A stretch of DNA of 64,000 bases, taken from positions 1-64,000 of IMG/VR virus record IMGVR_UViG_3300032007_000065. One strand, given 5' to 3'. Positions within the stretch are counted from its first letter, which is position 1. Each line of letters opens with the position of its first letter. The DNA is from a virus (lineage: Duplodnaviria; Caudoviricetes). Shown in pieces: positions 52,925-62,117 of this stretch. The notes below the pieces were generated by a model. It ran no database searches and was not told the DNA's origin. It saw only the letters and a program-made list of their open reading frames with translations. Both the position numbers and the translations under genes were made by a program.

Positions 52925-53722
52925 TCAGGCATTGACCAGGCATGTGGCCCTGGTGCCGTCGTCGAGAAACTTCTGTGTCGAGTAGCGGAGCCGGAACCGA
53001 ATCCGGTTTCCGTCGACGGCGACGTCCTTGAGCCAGAGCGGATACCGAAGCTTCAGCATTTCGGCGAGATCGCTGCCGACCGGCTGCAGAGCAGCTACAA
53101 TGTTCGGATCGTCACTTCGACTGAACCGAATGTTGTCGAGTCGGTCCTTCGACGGAATGATCTCGAGTTTCGATTCAAAGTAGTCCTTCGGCAGTTCCTG
53201 ACCGTCCTGGTCTGCGGGCGCCAGGCAGCTCCTGAAGCTGTCCCTCAGAGACCGGGTCTCCGGAATGACGTCGTTTCTATTGGGATCCGAAAGCGATCGA
53301 TTGTAGAGGTTCGTCAGGTACCGGTAGCTAAAGTCGAAGGCTCGACTTCCAATGATCTTCTTCAGCATCTTCTCCGCATAGCTGCAGACGCTGCTGTAGA
53401 CCTTCTCCGGAGAATCGTCGCTGAACTTCTGGAGCAGCTCCGGCGGCTGGTCCAGCAGCCAGTTCGAGTCGATGTCGTAGAATCTGGCGGCCTGGAACAC
53501 CTGTTGGGCGAGACAGTTCTTGTCCATGTAGGCTCGAGCAGAAATGGCTTCGTCGACGACTTTTCGGAAGTCGTCTCCGGACCAGTCTCTGTAGAGGTCC
53601 GGGCGGTCGTAGATGTTGCTCGCAATGAGCACCGACCAGACCCAGATGTTTTCGTTTCCGCGGTTGCAGGAGGCGTCGAATGCCTCCATTGCATAGAGTT
53701 CAAAGTTGTCAATGTGACCCAT
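52925..53722 (-). CDS. Hypothetical protein
   Basis: ATG 53722 (MGHIDNF) after GAAGGTGG. Confidence 0.7.
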   Translation of the reverse strand: MGHIDNFELYAMEAFDASCNRGNENIWVWSVLIASNIYDRPDLYRDWSGDDFRKVVDEAISARAYMDKNCLAQQVFQAARFYDIDSNWLLDQPPELLQKFSDDSPEKVYSSVCSYAEKMLKKIIGSRAFDFSYRYLTNLYNRSLSDPNRNDVIPETRSLRDSFRSCLAPADQDGQELPKDYFESKLEIIPSKDRLDNIRFSRSDDPNIVAALQPVGSDLAEMLKLRYPLWLKDVAVDGNRIRFRLRYSTQKFLDDGTRATCLVNA

Positions 53723-53835
53723 GGAGCCACCTTCTTTCAAGTGATTACATGAATGTCGACTGCCTCAGAAGTCAGCAAACTACGGCCCCTGAACGATCCC
53801 ATAATCTGATTCTAAAAGAAAGGAGGGTCTGCGGT

Positions 53836-56751
53836 ATGGCAGTTGATCTGACCATGAGGACCTGCGGCAGCTGCAGTCACGCAAGTGTCTGTCCGAATCG
53901 CGACGTCTTCATGAAGTTCTTCGAAAACCGCAATGCTCTCTTATGCAGAACCGGTGGCGACTCGAACGGCGAGACCGGCTACATCGACACGTCGAAACAG
54001 GTGTCGATCCGAGTCGAACACCGATATCTCAATGGCCCCGGCCTTGAGAAGCTCTACCACGATCTGGGACTCATGAGCGGGGACTGGTCTCCCTGTCTTT
54101 CGGCAACGTACTCCGGCTGCCCGTTCCAGAGAGTTTGGCATCATCCATTCGATGCGCCGATCTATGCACCGTTTCCGCACCCTGCCGGCTACATCGAGCC
54201 CCTCTGTCAGGAGGCTCGTGACATTCATGGTCATCGGCTCCAGTTCCATGCGCCGAAGTCTCCCGGGACCATCAATACGTACCCGACGATTCCCCAGGTC
54301 AACAACTGGTGGAACTGCAGCTCCTGCCTCCACCACGGCGAATGCAGCGACGCCAACGACTACGCCAGACTCGGTGGCACCGTCTACTCGGTCTTCGGCG
54401 TCGAATACAAGACCTTCAACATTGGCGACACCGTCATGACGGCCGATATCGACACGCCGGCAACGGTACTGCCCGGCTACAGTCGTTCCGACAGAACACC
54501 GGAGACGTTCCAGGTCACCGGCGAGGACGACGTGCTGATTCTCTACTATGAGACCGAAAAGAAGGATCCGGAGAAACCGGTGTACCAGTACCTGACGCTC
54601 AAGGAGATTGAGGAGAAGGGACTCATGCACACGGCGGAGCTATTCTTCAACGACAAGTCGTTCTTCTATCCGTCCATCGACCCGACGGTGAATCCAGATC
54701 GCAAGATGGACGTCTATCTCGACGGCGTCGTCTGTGGTCCCATCAACCGTATGAACGAAGACGGCACTGCTGCCTGCGTCACCGGCGACTACATCCGTCT
54801 GTCGAAGGTCAACGACGAGATGGCTCTGTTGTACACCAACGACGGTATGGCCATCGACACCAAGAACCTGGAGTTGATCGGCGCCTACGCCGGCAAGATG
54901 CTGGCCATCGACGACGAGGCCATCGAAATCTCCGGCAAGTATCCGGTGAAACCCGAATCCATCGACAAGGGCAACTATCGGAAGTTCCGTGTCGCCGAGG
55001 GCGACCGCATCATGATTCGCTACGTGCTCGATCCGAAGTATCGGCTCGATCTCGACACCATGCGGATCATGAACTATGGCATCGACCTGAAGCTGGCTTC
55101 GAACCGTATCACGACGACGAAGGCCGGCAAGCGTTACACCGAAGAGATCCTTCTCGTCGACTGCCCGAATGGTGACTTTGTCATTCAGACGGCACTCGTC
55201 AACGTCGACTTCTTCAATGACCCGGCGAACTTCGTTCCAATCAACTACATCGAAAACTGGGATTCGTTCCAGATCGGCTGGAACTACCATTCGACGGAGG
55301 TCATCAACGACACGGTAGCTCTGACTGCTTGGCAGCCCATTGCACCGAGACGTTGGCCGGAAGCCATGGTTCACGATGACACACCGGCGTATCCGACGGA
55401 TCTGCCGCAGGAGGACGAGACCCAGATTGTCCGTCCGTATTTTAGACTGCTCGGCTACACGCAGGACGCCAACAAGCGCTACCACTACGTGCCGAACGTC
55501 GAAGTCTGGCCGGCCCATCGGGCCACCTATCCGGCCTTTGCTCGATTCTTGAAGACTGAGACTTTCAAGGACTCGACATACTGGGCCATGTGGGCTCTGC
55601 AGTTGCAGCAGCTGGCCATTCAGATGCACGGCTGCTTCAATGACATCAGTGAAGAGACCGTCGGACCCGACATCAGTCGAGTCATCGACACCTACGTCTC
55701 CAACTATCTGGTCGCCGACGACGGCACCGAACTTCCGGAGTTCGAGATGAAGGAGACCCGTGGCTGGGAGAAGGCGATGGTGGTGCTGCCGTACCAGCCG
55801 GACATCAAGACCTGGTTCGCCGAGAACTTCGTCAAGACCAGTCACTGGCCGGACAACTTTGAAGTGAAGGTCATCGAGATCCCCATCGACATCGTCAAGG
55901 TCCAGAGCTACGATGCCTTCAACCACGAACTTGTCTCCTGGACACCGCTGCTGCGCGGCTTCGACGCCGACGGCAACTCTCGCATTCTCAACGACGAAGT
56001 CGTCGAGTCGACTGGTCTGACGAGACACTTTGCGGTGCTGGTCTATCCGGACAAACCGTACGGCTGTCACGTACTCTACCAAAGTCATCTGGCCATGCTG
56101 GTCGACGTCGTTCAACGGAAGAAGACGGTGACTCCGAATCTTATCTACGATGCGTCGTACATGCCAACGAGCTATCCGTACCGTCAGCCGAATCCGTCCG
56201 AAGCGAAGGCCTACCGCCTCGACGGCATCTTCCCGGAAGACGCTGAGAAAGTACAGCTGGCCTTCGACGAAGAAGGTGCCATGCATCTCGTCGGAGACGC
56301 CGCCGGCTACTACGAACTCAGCCGGGAGTCCATTGTGTCGTACCAGCAGGCGGTGACCATCAACACCACCTACGACAATGCTCGAATCGACGAGACTCAG
56401 GAGGCCGAGATCGCATCCTTCGGAGGTGCCAACTTCGAGTTCGAGATTCCGGAGGGCCGTTCCCTGAAGGCTCTGGCCGTCAACGGAGTCACCATGTACT
56501 CCGTCGCCGATGCCATGGTCGACGACAAGACCATCGTCACCGAGAACTACACGGCTCAGTTGACGCTGTCGAAGTCGAAGTTCATCGTGACACTGACGAA
56601 CGTCCGAATCGACGTGACCGTCGACGTGCTGATGCACATGGGCGACAACGGCACCGTAGAAGGCTGCTCTCGCTGCAGACCCTACGTCGACGTGACGCCC
56701 TACAGTTGGATCCAGTGGTATCCGACCTGTGACAACTTCACCGAATCCTAG
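53836..56751 (+). CDS. Large Cys-motif protein, probably virion-associated
   Basis: ATG 53836 after AAGGAGG; CGSCSH..VC, CSSCLH..EC and terminal CSRC...C; 971 aa. Confidence 0.7.
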   Translation: MAVDLTMRTCGSCSHASVCPNRDVFMKFFENRNALLCRTGGDSNGETGYIDTSKQVSIRVEHRYLNGPGLEKLYHDLGLMSGDWSPCLSATYSGCPFQRVWHHPFDAPIYAPFPHPAGYIEPLCQEARDIHGHRLQFHAPKSPGTINTYPTIPQVNNWWNCSSCLHHGECSDANDYARLGGTVYSVFGVEYKTFNIGDTVMTADIDTPATVLPGYSRSDRTPETFQVTGEDDVLILYYETEKKDPEKPVYQYLTLKEIEEKGLMHTAELFFNDKSFFYPSIDPTVNPDRKMDVYLDGVVCGPINRMNEDGTAACVTGDYIRLSKVNDEMALLYTNDGMAIDTKNLELIGAYAGKMLAIDDEAIEISGKYPVKPESIDKGNYRKFRVAEGDRIMIRYVLDPKYRLDLDTMRIMNYGIDLKLASNRITTTKAGKRYTEEILLVDCPNGDFVIQTALVNVDFFNDPANFVPINYIENWDSFQIGWNYHSTEVINDTVALTAWQPIAPRRWPEAMVHDDTPAYPTDLPQEDETQIVRPYFRLLGYTQDANKRYHYVPNVEVWPAHRATYPAFARFLKTETFKDSTYWAMWALQLQQLAIQMHGCFNDISEETVGPDISRVIDTYVSNYLVADDGTELPEFEMKETRGWEKAMVVLPYQPDIKTWFAENFVKTSHWPDNFEVKVIEIPIDIVKVQSYDAFNHELVSWTPLLRGFDADGNSRILNDEVVESTGLTRHFAVLVYPDKPYGCHVLYQSHLAMLVDVVQRKKTVTPNLIYDASYMPTSYPYRQPNPSEAKAYRLDGIFPEDAEKVQLAFDEEGAMHLVGDAAGYYELSRESIVSYQQAVTINTTYDNARIDETQEAEIASFGGANFEFEIPEGRSLKALAVNGVTMYSVADAMVDDKTIVTENYTAQLTLSKSKFIVTLTNVRIDVTVDVLMHMGDNGTVEGCSRCRPYVDVTPYSWIQWYPTCDNFTES

Positions 56752-56760
56752 AACACAGCA

Positions 56761-56794
56761 AAACGCTCTTAGGCACGAAGCCTAAGAGCGCTTT
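56761..56794. terminator. Bidirectional hairpin containing perfect GCTCTTA/TAAGAGC half-sites
   Basis: cgctcttaggc-acgaa-gcctaagagcg flanked by A and T runs. Confidence 0.75.
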
Positions 56795-56820
56795 GTTAAG
56801 CAATCTGAAATGAGAAAGAA

Positions 56821-57204
56821 TTAGAAATAGATAACAGTGCACGGAGAAAAGAAATAAGTAGTGCCGTAGTTATAAACATATGACTGTGTTACACCAGTTG
56901 AAGTCACTGTAAATGAGCACGAAATAGTTGCAATACTTGTACCATTGAAGTATACTATAGTACACGTGCCACTGCTTCCTGCCATAACAACACAGCCACC
57001 ATGTCCCGGATATATTGTAGCTCTAGAATCGGCATAGCATCCAGTACAAATGCAGACTGCTGCAGAAATACCAGTCGCATTGGATACGCATGTACGTGAT
57101 GTAGAAGCTCGCTCTGAATAGCCATCGCAAGATACTGCACCAATAGTTGCAGCACTATTTCCACTCACGTCACTGTCGAATCTCAAAGCTAATCCTTCAC
57201 TCAT
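56821..57204 (-). CDS. AT-rich small protein (cassette-family member 6)
   Basis: MSEGLALRFDSDVSG...PCTVIYF (127 aa); alternative start at 57279 has an SD 12 nt upstream. Confidence 0.7.
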   Translation of the reverse strand: MSEGLALRFDSDVSGNSAATIGAVSCDGYSERASTSRTCVSNATGISAAVCICTGCYADSRATIYPGHGGCVVMAGSSGTCTIVYFNGTSIATISCSFTVTSTGVTQSYVYNYGTTYFFSPCTVIYF

Positions 57205-57301
57205 AGTAAAATACCCAATCAATGTCAGTTCAGTTCCACCATTCGCGCATGGCTTCCCTGAGCCTAGTCGATTTCGCATTTAGTTCGATGTCCTCCTTCA
57301 G

Positions 57302-57312
57302 CCGTATATCAT
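57302..57312 (+). promoter_or_regulatory. Phage promoter motif CCGTATATCAT
   Basis: Motif copy before the SD of 57337. Confidence 0.65.
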
Positions 57313-57336
57313 TTCGATGTGAAAGGAGGCTCATAC

Positions 57337-57981
57337 ATGGCAAAGAAAAACGAAACCCACCGCATCAGACGACGCGAACTCAATGCCACTCGTGTCGTCG
57401 AAACCAATGATTCTCCAGAGGAACGGTTCGCCAACATTCGGAAGACCATCGACAACTTCATGGCCGAGAGTCACCATCATGACGGCATCGGCGACTGGTA
57501 CGTCCACGAGTTCATTCGGAAGTTCCGGACTCGTTGGGCCGGCGACATGGAGAACTTCCAGGAGGTGCTCATTGCAAATTTCGTCGGCGGCTACTGTCTC
57601 ATGTTCGCCAGGATTCTCCAGATGACATTCGACAACCGGGGCACCATTGGGCTCATGTACCCGTACAGCCATGTCGTCTGGAGAGACCGAGACAACATCC
57701 TCTGGGACATCCGTGGCCGCTACCGTGACGACGGCGAAGACTCGTATCCGAGTGTCTTCATCCCAATCTCATATGTGCCAGACTGTGGCATCGCGGCTCT
57801 GGAGCATCGGACCGACACCGACGATGAAATCGACCACGGCAACTGGGAACTGACTACATTCATGATGTGGTCAAACGACTATCCCGAAGAGTCCAGACGC
57901 TACCGTGCAATCCGCGACCGATGGCTTCTCGAGAAAGGTCCGGATAGCGACTTCCGACGACTCAAGGAAGCGGTGCAGTGA
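57337..57981 (+). CDS. Hypothetical protein with possible Cys-His-Asp (papain/transglutaminase-like) triad
   Basis: GGYCLMFARIL...SHVVW...LWDIRG. Confidence 0.5.
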   Translation: MAKKNETHRIRRRELNATRVVETNDSPEERFANIRKTIDNFMAESHHHDGIGDWYVHEFIRKFRTRWAGDMENFQEVLIANFVGGYCLMFARILQMTFDNRGTIGLMYPYSHVVWRDRDNILWDIRGRYRDDGEDSYPSVFIPISYVPDCGIAALEHRTDTDDEIDHGNWELTTFMMWSNDYPEESRRYRAIRDRWLLEKGPDSDFRRLKEAVQ

Positions 57982-58361
57982 CCAGAGACATTATCCTTCC
58001 AGACGAAAAGAAACTCGAGTCTCGGGGTGCCGTGTCGAAGATCCACTTCTCGAACTGCATCGTCGAGGCCCTGGTTCAGAAACTCAGAAACCCGAAGCTC
58101 CGGCTTCGGGTATTTCCTGCCCGTTACAACGCCGTCCCGTTTCCCCACATCTACTGGCAGGACGACAACTACGACTACGACTTCACCGGCATCTACTGGG
58201 TGCCCTGGTATCGGCGTCTCTGGTACCGAGGCTTCACCCGTCGTCGCGACCATGGTTACATCGAGAAACTCAAGTACGCCAAGATCGCACTGCGGAAGCG
58301 GGAGCAAATCAGAAGAAAGCAAAAGATCCATGCCAAAATAAATTCTATTTTCAGGAGGTAA
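57978..58361 (+). CDS. Basic aromatic-rich hypothetical protein
   Basis: 127 aa, GTG overlapping the upstream stop. Confidence 0.6.
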   Translation: MTRDIILPDEKKLESRGAVSKIHFSNCIVEALVQKLRNPKLRLRVFPARYNAVPFPHIYWQDDNYDYDFTGIYWVPWYRRLWYRGFTRRRDHGYIEKLKYAKIALRKREQIRRKQKIHAKINSIFRR

Positions 58362-58367
58362 CACACC

Positions 58368-59210
58368 ATGGCATTCGAAATCAATATTAACAACAAGACC
58401 AGTCTGTCGACAAAGGACCTCGCCGCCAAGATTCACTACAGCTTGGTTGGCTGCCCGGCCTACGTCGACAACGACATCCTTCTCCACCAGCCCGACGAGA
58501 CCGACCCCAAGGACACTATCCTGCTGCTCTTAAACGGTGAGCGTGCCAGTTCCCCGGAACCCCTGAATCCCCAGGTGACGCTCAACATCGACGTTACCGA
58601 CGCCGACGTCAGCTTCATGGATCTCAATAAAGTCAGGGAGAACTGGGCCAATGTCAAGGCGGATTACGACAAACACGACGCCATCAAGGAGAAGCAGGCC
58701 AGACTCCATGATGCGGTTGCGGCATGGCTGACGGAACACTGCGAGCACGACATTTGGTCCGCAACACCGGAGGGCCAGCTCTACGACGCATACATTGCCA
58801 GTATCCGAGACACCAATGCAACCATTCCGACCCGTCTCGAATTCTCCATTGCCTGCATCGACGCCTTCCTAAAGCGCGACGTCCTCATGTGCGACGGCGA
58901 TGTCGATGTCGAGCTCTTCGATACGGATATGGTGACTCGTCTTTGGGAGAACGTCCTCTATGATGATGGCTCTCTCGACGGGCTCGAGTTGACCGCCGTA
59001 GTCCGGAATAAGGAGAAGGCCGACTACGACAGCATGTCCATCGATGAGCGTTGGGCCACGTTTACCAGAGACATGACCGATGAGGAGAAGGCCATCTGGC
59101 TCGACAGGGACGGCAAGCGGAAGGGCTTCGACTATCCCATCACCATCGAAGAGGACGACCAGCTCAAGAAGAAGTTTGCCGAGCTCCACGCCCTCAGAAA
59201 GGACGACTGA
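58368..59210 (+). CDS. Hypothetical acidic protein
   Basis: 280 aa, SD GGAGG; middle domain is duplicated in the next gene. Confidence 0.8.
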   Translation: MAFEININNKTSLSTKDLAAKIHYSLVGCPAYVDNDILLHQPDETDPKDTILLLLNGERASSPEPLNPQVTLNIDVTDADVSFMDLNKVRENWANVKADYDKHDAIKEKQARLHDAVAAWLTEHCEHDIWSATPEGQLYDAYIASIRDTNATIPTRLEFSIACIDAFLKRDVLMCDGDVDVELFDTDMVTRLWENVLYDDGSLDGLELTAVVRNKEKADYDSMSIDERWATFTRDMTDEEKAIWLDRDGKRKGFDYPITIEEDDQLKKKFAELHALRKDD

Positions 59211-59214
59211 GACA

Positions 59215-59547
59215 ATGTTGAAGAAGGAAAGGCTGGCCAAGCTTCACGACTCTGTAGCAGAATGGCTATCGGAGAACTGCGAACACGATCCTGAATCCTC
59301 CACTCCGGAGGGCCGGCTCTACGATGCCTATGTCGCCAGCATTCGTAACGACGCCAATGCAACTGTCCCGTCCCGTGAAGAATTCTCCATCGCCTGTATC
59401 GACGCCTTCCTGAAGCGCGACGCCCTCATGTGCGGCGGTGACGTCGATGTCGAGCTCTACGATACGGATCTGACGAATCGTCTCTGGATGAACGTCCTCT
59501 ACATGTCGTGGAAGAACGCCGTCAATGAATTCAAGGAGGATAAATGA
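59215..59547 (+). CDS. Stand-alone copy of the middle domain of 58368-59210
   Basis: LHD.VA.WL.E.CEHD...TPEG.LYDAY.ASIR...EFSIACIDAFLKRD.LMC.GDVDVEL.DTD shared. Confidence 0.75.
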   Translation: MLKKERLAKLHDSVAEWLSENCEHDPESSTPEGRLYDAYVASIRNDANATVPSREEFSIACIDAFLKRDALMCGGDVDVELYDTDLTNRLWMNVLYMSWKNAVNEFKEDK

Positions 59548-59548
59548 A

Positions 59549-59923
59549 ATGCTGAAAGTCGTATTCAACAACTGCAGTGGCTTCAAGACCGAAGCCCTCT
59601 ACGACAAGATGGTCGCAGCACTTGGCGACATCTTCGGAGAATTCCAGGAGCACAACCGTTTCGAACTGATCTGCGATGAGAACGACGAAACCATCACGAT
59701 GCAGTTCAACACCGACTACGAAGGTAATCCGGGCGGTCCGGAATTGACACTGTTCGTGCCCATCGAAGATGATGATTCGATCGACGAAGTCACTCCCGCC
59801 GAAGCCAGAGAACTCGACCGGATCTACGGCGACGACGCACCCGACGAAGAGGACGACGTTGCTCGAAACAATGTCCTTGCCATGATGCAGCTGGAGGACG
59901 AAGACCGCGACAACTGGGACTGA
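59549..59923 (+). CDS. Acidic hypothetical protein
   Basis: ATG 59549 after AAGGAGG; terminator follows. Confidence 0.75.
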   Translation: MLKVVFNNCSGFKTEALYDKMVAALGDIFGEFQEHNRFELICDENDETITMQFNTDYEGNPGGPELTLFVPIEDDDSIDEVTPAEARELDRIYGDDAPDEEDDVARNNVLAMMQLEDEDRDNWD

Positions 59924-59935
59924 GTTCCAGACACA

Positions 59936-59970
59936 AAAAGAAAGAGAGCGTCGCGCTCTCTTTCTTTTTT
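59936..59970. terminator. Bidirectional terminator
   Basis: aaaagaaagagagcg-tcg-cgctctctttctttt. Confidence 0.8.
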
Positions 59971-59982
59971 GCTTAGATTTGC

Positions 59983-62001
59983 TTAGATGACGTCGGCCAA
60001 CACCGGTACGAACAACGGATCCAGATGGGACGGCGCCGATGCCTGGTAGAGCGCAGTCGACGTCAGAGCCTTCTTCAGCCACCCAGAGCTCAACCGAATC
60101 ATCGGACTCGGGTTCTTGCTGAGGCTCGTCGTCAGTCTCAAGATGACGTAGTCCTCATGGTCTCCGTTCGGACCGAAGTCCGGCTGCTCCAGTTCATTGT
60201 CGCGCTTTCGCAGCAGCGCTCTAGCCACCATCTCCAGATGGACCAGATTGTAGTTGATGCCTGCATCCATCATGATCTCGGCGTACTTCTGGCAGAAGCC
60301 GTCGATGTCATAGAGATAGCCCATGTGGTCCTTGCTGTCGAGAATCTGAGTAATTTGCTGAATCGACTGGGACACCGCCTTCGACTTGATCTCGATGTTG
60401 AACAGCACCGGGCTCTCGTCGTCGTCGGCATAGTCATCGAGAATGTCCAGCGGAATGGGACGATCCCGATACTGCTTCCAGATCGCAGTCATGGTCTTGG
60501 AGAAGTAGAGTTTGAAGCCGTGCTCCTCCTGGACATGGGCCTTCAGCTCCCCGTTATAGTCGATAAGATTGAATTCTTCGATGTAGTAGGCGTCGCCGTC
60601 CTCCGTCTCTTCGGTATGGACCTCGCCAAGCAAAATCATCAGAGAATCTTCAACCGAATCGGAAACCGTCACTTCGGTGGCGGTGATGTCGAAGCTCTTG
60701 TAGAACTCTTCGGCAAATGTAATTTCGTCAGAGTGTGTTTCCTGAAAATGTTTCTGTTTTAGAACCAGCTGACCGGTGGGCTCCGAGACAACCGTGGCAG
60801 CGAACGATCCCGGGCTGAAGAGATCCATATTGATGTCAAAGAGTTTCTCACCATAGCAGGCTCTGCAGACGCCGTCCTTCGATGTGCAGGTACAGGGAGA
60901 ACGGAATCCGATGCGCTTGCCGATGAGCTGTGTGTCTTTGAATCCGTCGAGAATTTTCTCCTGACCCTCCTCATCGTAGTAGGTTCTACCGTCGAGCAGT
61001 TTCAGGAAAATCTCGTCCTTGATGTTGTAGTAGATGGGTCGAGTCGAGTTACAGACCTCGCGGTCTTTCCTCAGCACGACCGACGTCGCGTTGTTGTTCA
61101 TCTTCTTCGACAGGGCACCGGGCTTCGACATAGACAGTTTCATGTCCATGAGAGCCTTTCGTCCGCCGGCGGCACCGGTGTAGAATCCAGCCGGGGTGTC
61201 GATACCGGTGATCAGCAGGTTGCTGCCGATGAACCAGGGAATCGTTCTCGAGCTGATGTCCGCCTTGTAGCCGACGTGGAGGAAGATCTCCTTGACCTGA
61301 GCCGGTGTCAGGTTCTTGCCGGACTTGATGAGTGGCTTCAGGTCGGAGTCGCTGTTTCCGAACGCCTTGATGAGTCGCGTCGTCATGTCGTTCAGATCGT
61401 CTTCGATCTCTTTCGCCTGACGCGTCGAGTCAAAGTCGCTGTACATGAGGTCGTGAATCTCGGGGTTTGCCTTTTCGGCCTGCATGATGTCCCAGATGGA
61501 CGCCGAGTAGCCGAAGATGAGGCAGAAGGTGTCGGAAATGGCTCTGATGTGGAAGATGATTTCGTCAATAATGGCATTGAGCGTGTGGAAGTCACCGTCG
61601 TAAGCAGGAATGATCTGGTTGTCGATGATGTCGCCAATGTCCTGGACGGACTTGTCCCTCCAGTCGATGACGCGGCTCTCGTCCAACAGATCGGTCCTCT
61701 CCATCTTCATGTAGGCGTACCAGATGACCATGTTCGACAGGAAGTGGCGACACTGCAGGGTGTAGATCGTCGCGTTCTTCTGGTCGAGGTCCGACTGGTG
61801 GAAGACAAAGTTGATCGGAAACTCGCGGACCTCCTTGTACTCGAGCCCGTACTTCAGGAAGTCGAGAATGTCCTGGTAGACGTACGAATAGGTGTCGTCG
61901 TCCAACAGTACATCTTCGAGCACGAGCGTCTTCGTCGAGTAGGTCTTGACGAGTTCCTTGAATGGTTTCTTCGGGTGGCCCTTGTAATCGATTGTGATCA
62001 T
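59983..62001 (-). CDS. Multisubunit RNA polymerase beta' subunit, C-terminal fragment
   Basis: Bridge helix GGRKALMD..LSMSKPGALSKKM, Zn site RSPCTC...GVCRACYG, trigger loop GSFAATVVSEPTGQLVLKQKH. Confidence 0.9.
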   Translation of the reverse strand: MITIDYKGHPKKPFKELVKTYSTKTLVLEDVLLDDDTYSYVYQDILDFLKYGLEYKEVREFPINFVFHQSDLDQKNATIYTLQCRHFLSNMVIWYAYMKMERTDLLDESRVIDWRDKSVQDIGDIIDNQIIPAYDGDFHTLNAIIDEIIFHIRAISDTFCLIFGYSASIWDIMQAEKANPEIHDLMYSDFDSTRQAKEIEDDLNDMTTRLIKAFGNSDSDLKPLIKSGKNLTPAQVKEIFLHVGYKADISSRTIPWFIGSNLLITGIDTPAGFYTGAAGGRKALMDMKLSMSKPGALSKKMNNNATSVVLRKDREVCNSTRPIYYNIKDEIFLKLLDGRTYYDEEGQEKILDGFKDTQLIGKRIGFRSPCTCTSKDGVCRACYGEKLFDINMDLFSPGSFAATVVSEPTGQLVLKQKHFQETHSDEITFAEEFYKSFDITATEVTVSDSVEDSLMILLGEVHTEETEDGDAYYIEEFNLIDYNGELKAHVQEEHGFKLYFSKTMTAIWKQYRDRPIPLDILDDYADDDESPVLFNIEIKSKAVSQSIQQITQILDSKDHMGYLYDIDGFCQKYAEIMMDAGINYNLVHLEMVARALLRKRDNELEQPDFGPNGDHEDYVILRLTTSLSKNPSPMIRLSSGWLKKALTSTALYQASAPSHLDPLFVPVLADVI

Positions 62002-62076
62002 GCTACTCCTCCTTCGATTGACAAATTTATGGTCTGTCAGTTGACCGATGAGTTTCTATTCTGCGGATCCCAATAT

Positions 62077-62115
62077 AAAAGAGAGAAGAGTCGAAACTCT
62101 TCTCTCTTTCTTTTT
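62077..62115 (-). terminator. Intrinsic terminator
   Basis: aaaagagagaagagt-cgaa-actcttctctctttcttttt. Confidence 0.8.
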
Positions 62116-62117
62116 GG

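Noticed and set aside
2069-62001. Stop-codon reassignment
   Set aside because: Conserved genes are full length in the standard code, all three stop codons end genes, and no suppressor anticodon was found
5009-62001. Inteins or introns in terminase, ligase, helicase or RNAP genes
   Set aside because: Motif order is continuous, with no C...HN intein ends or homing-endonuclease motifs noticed
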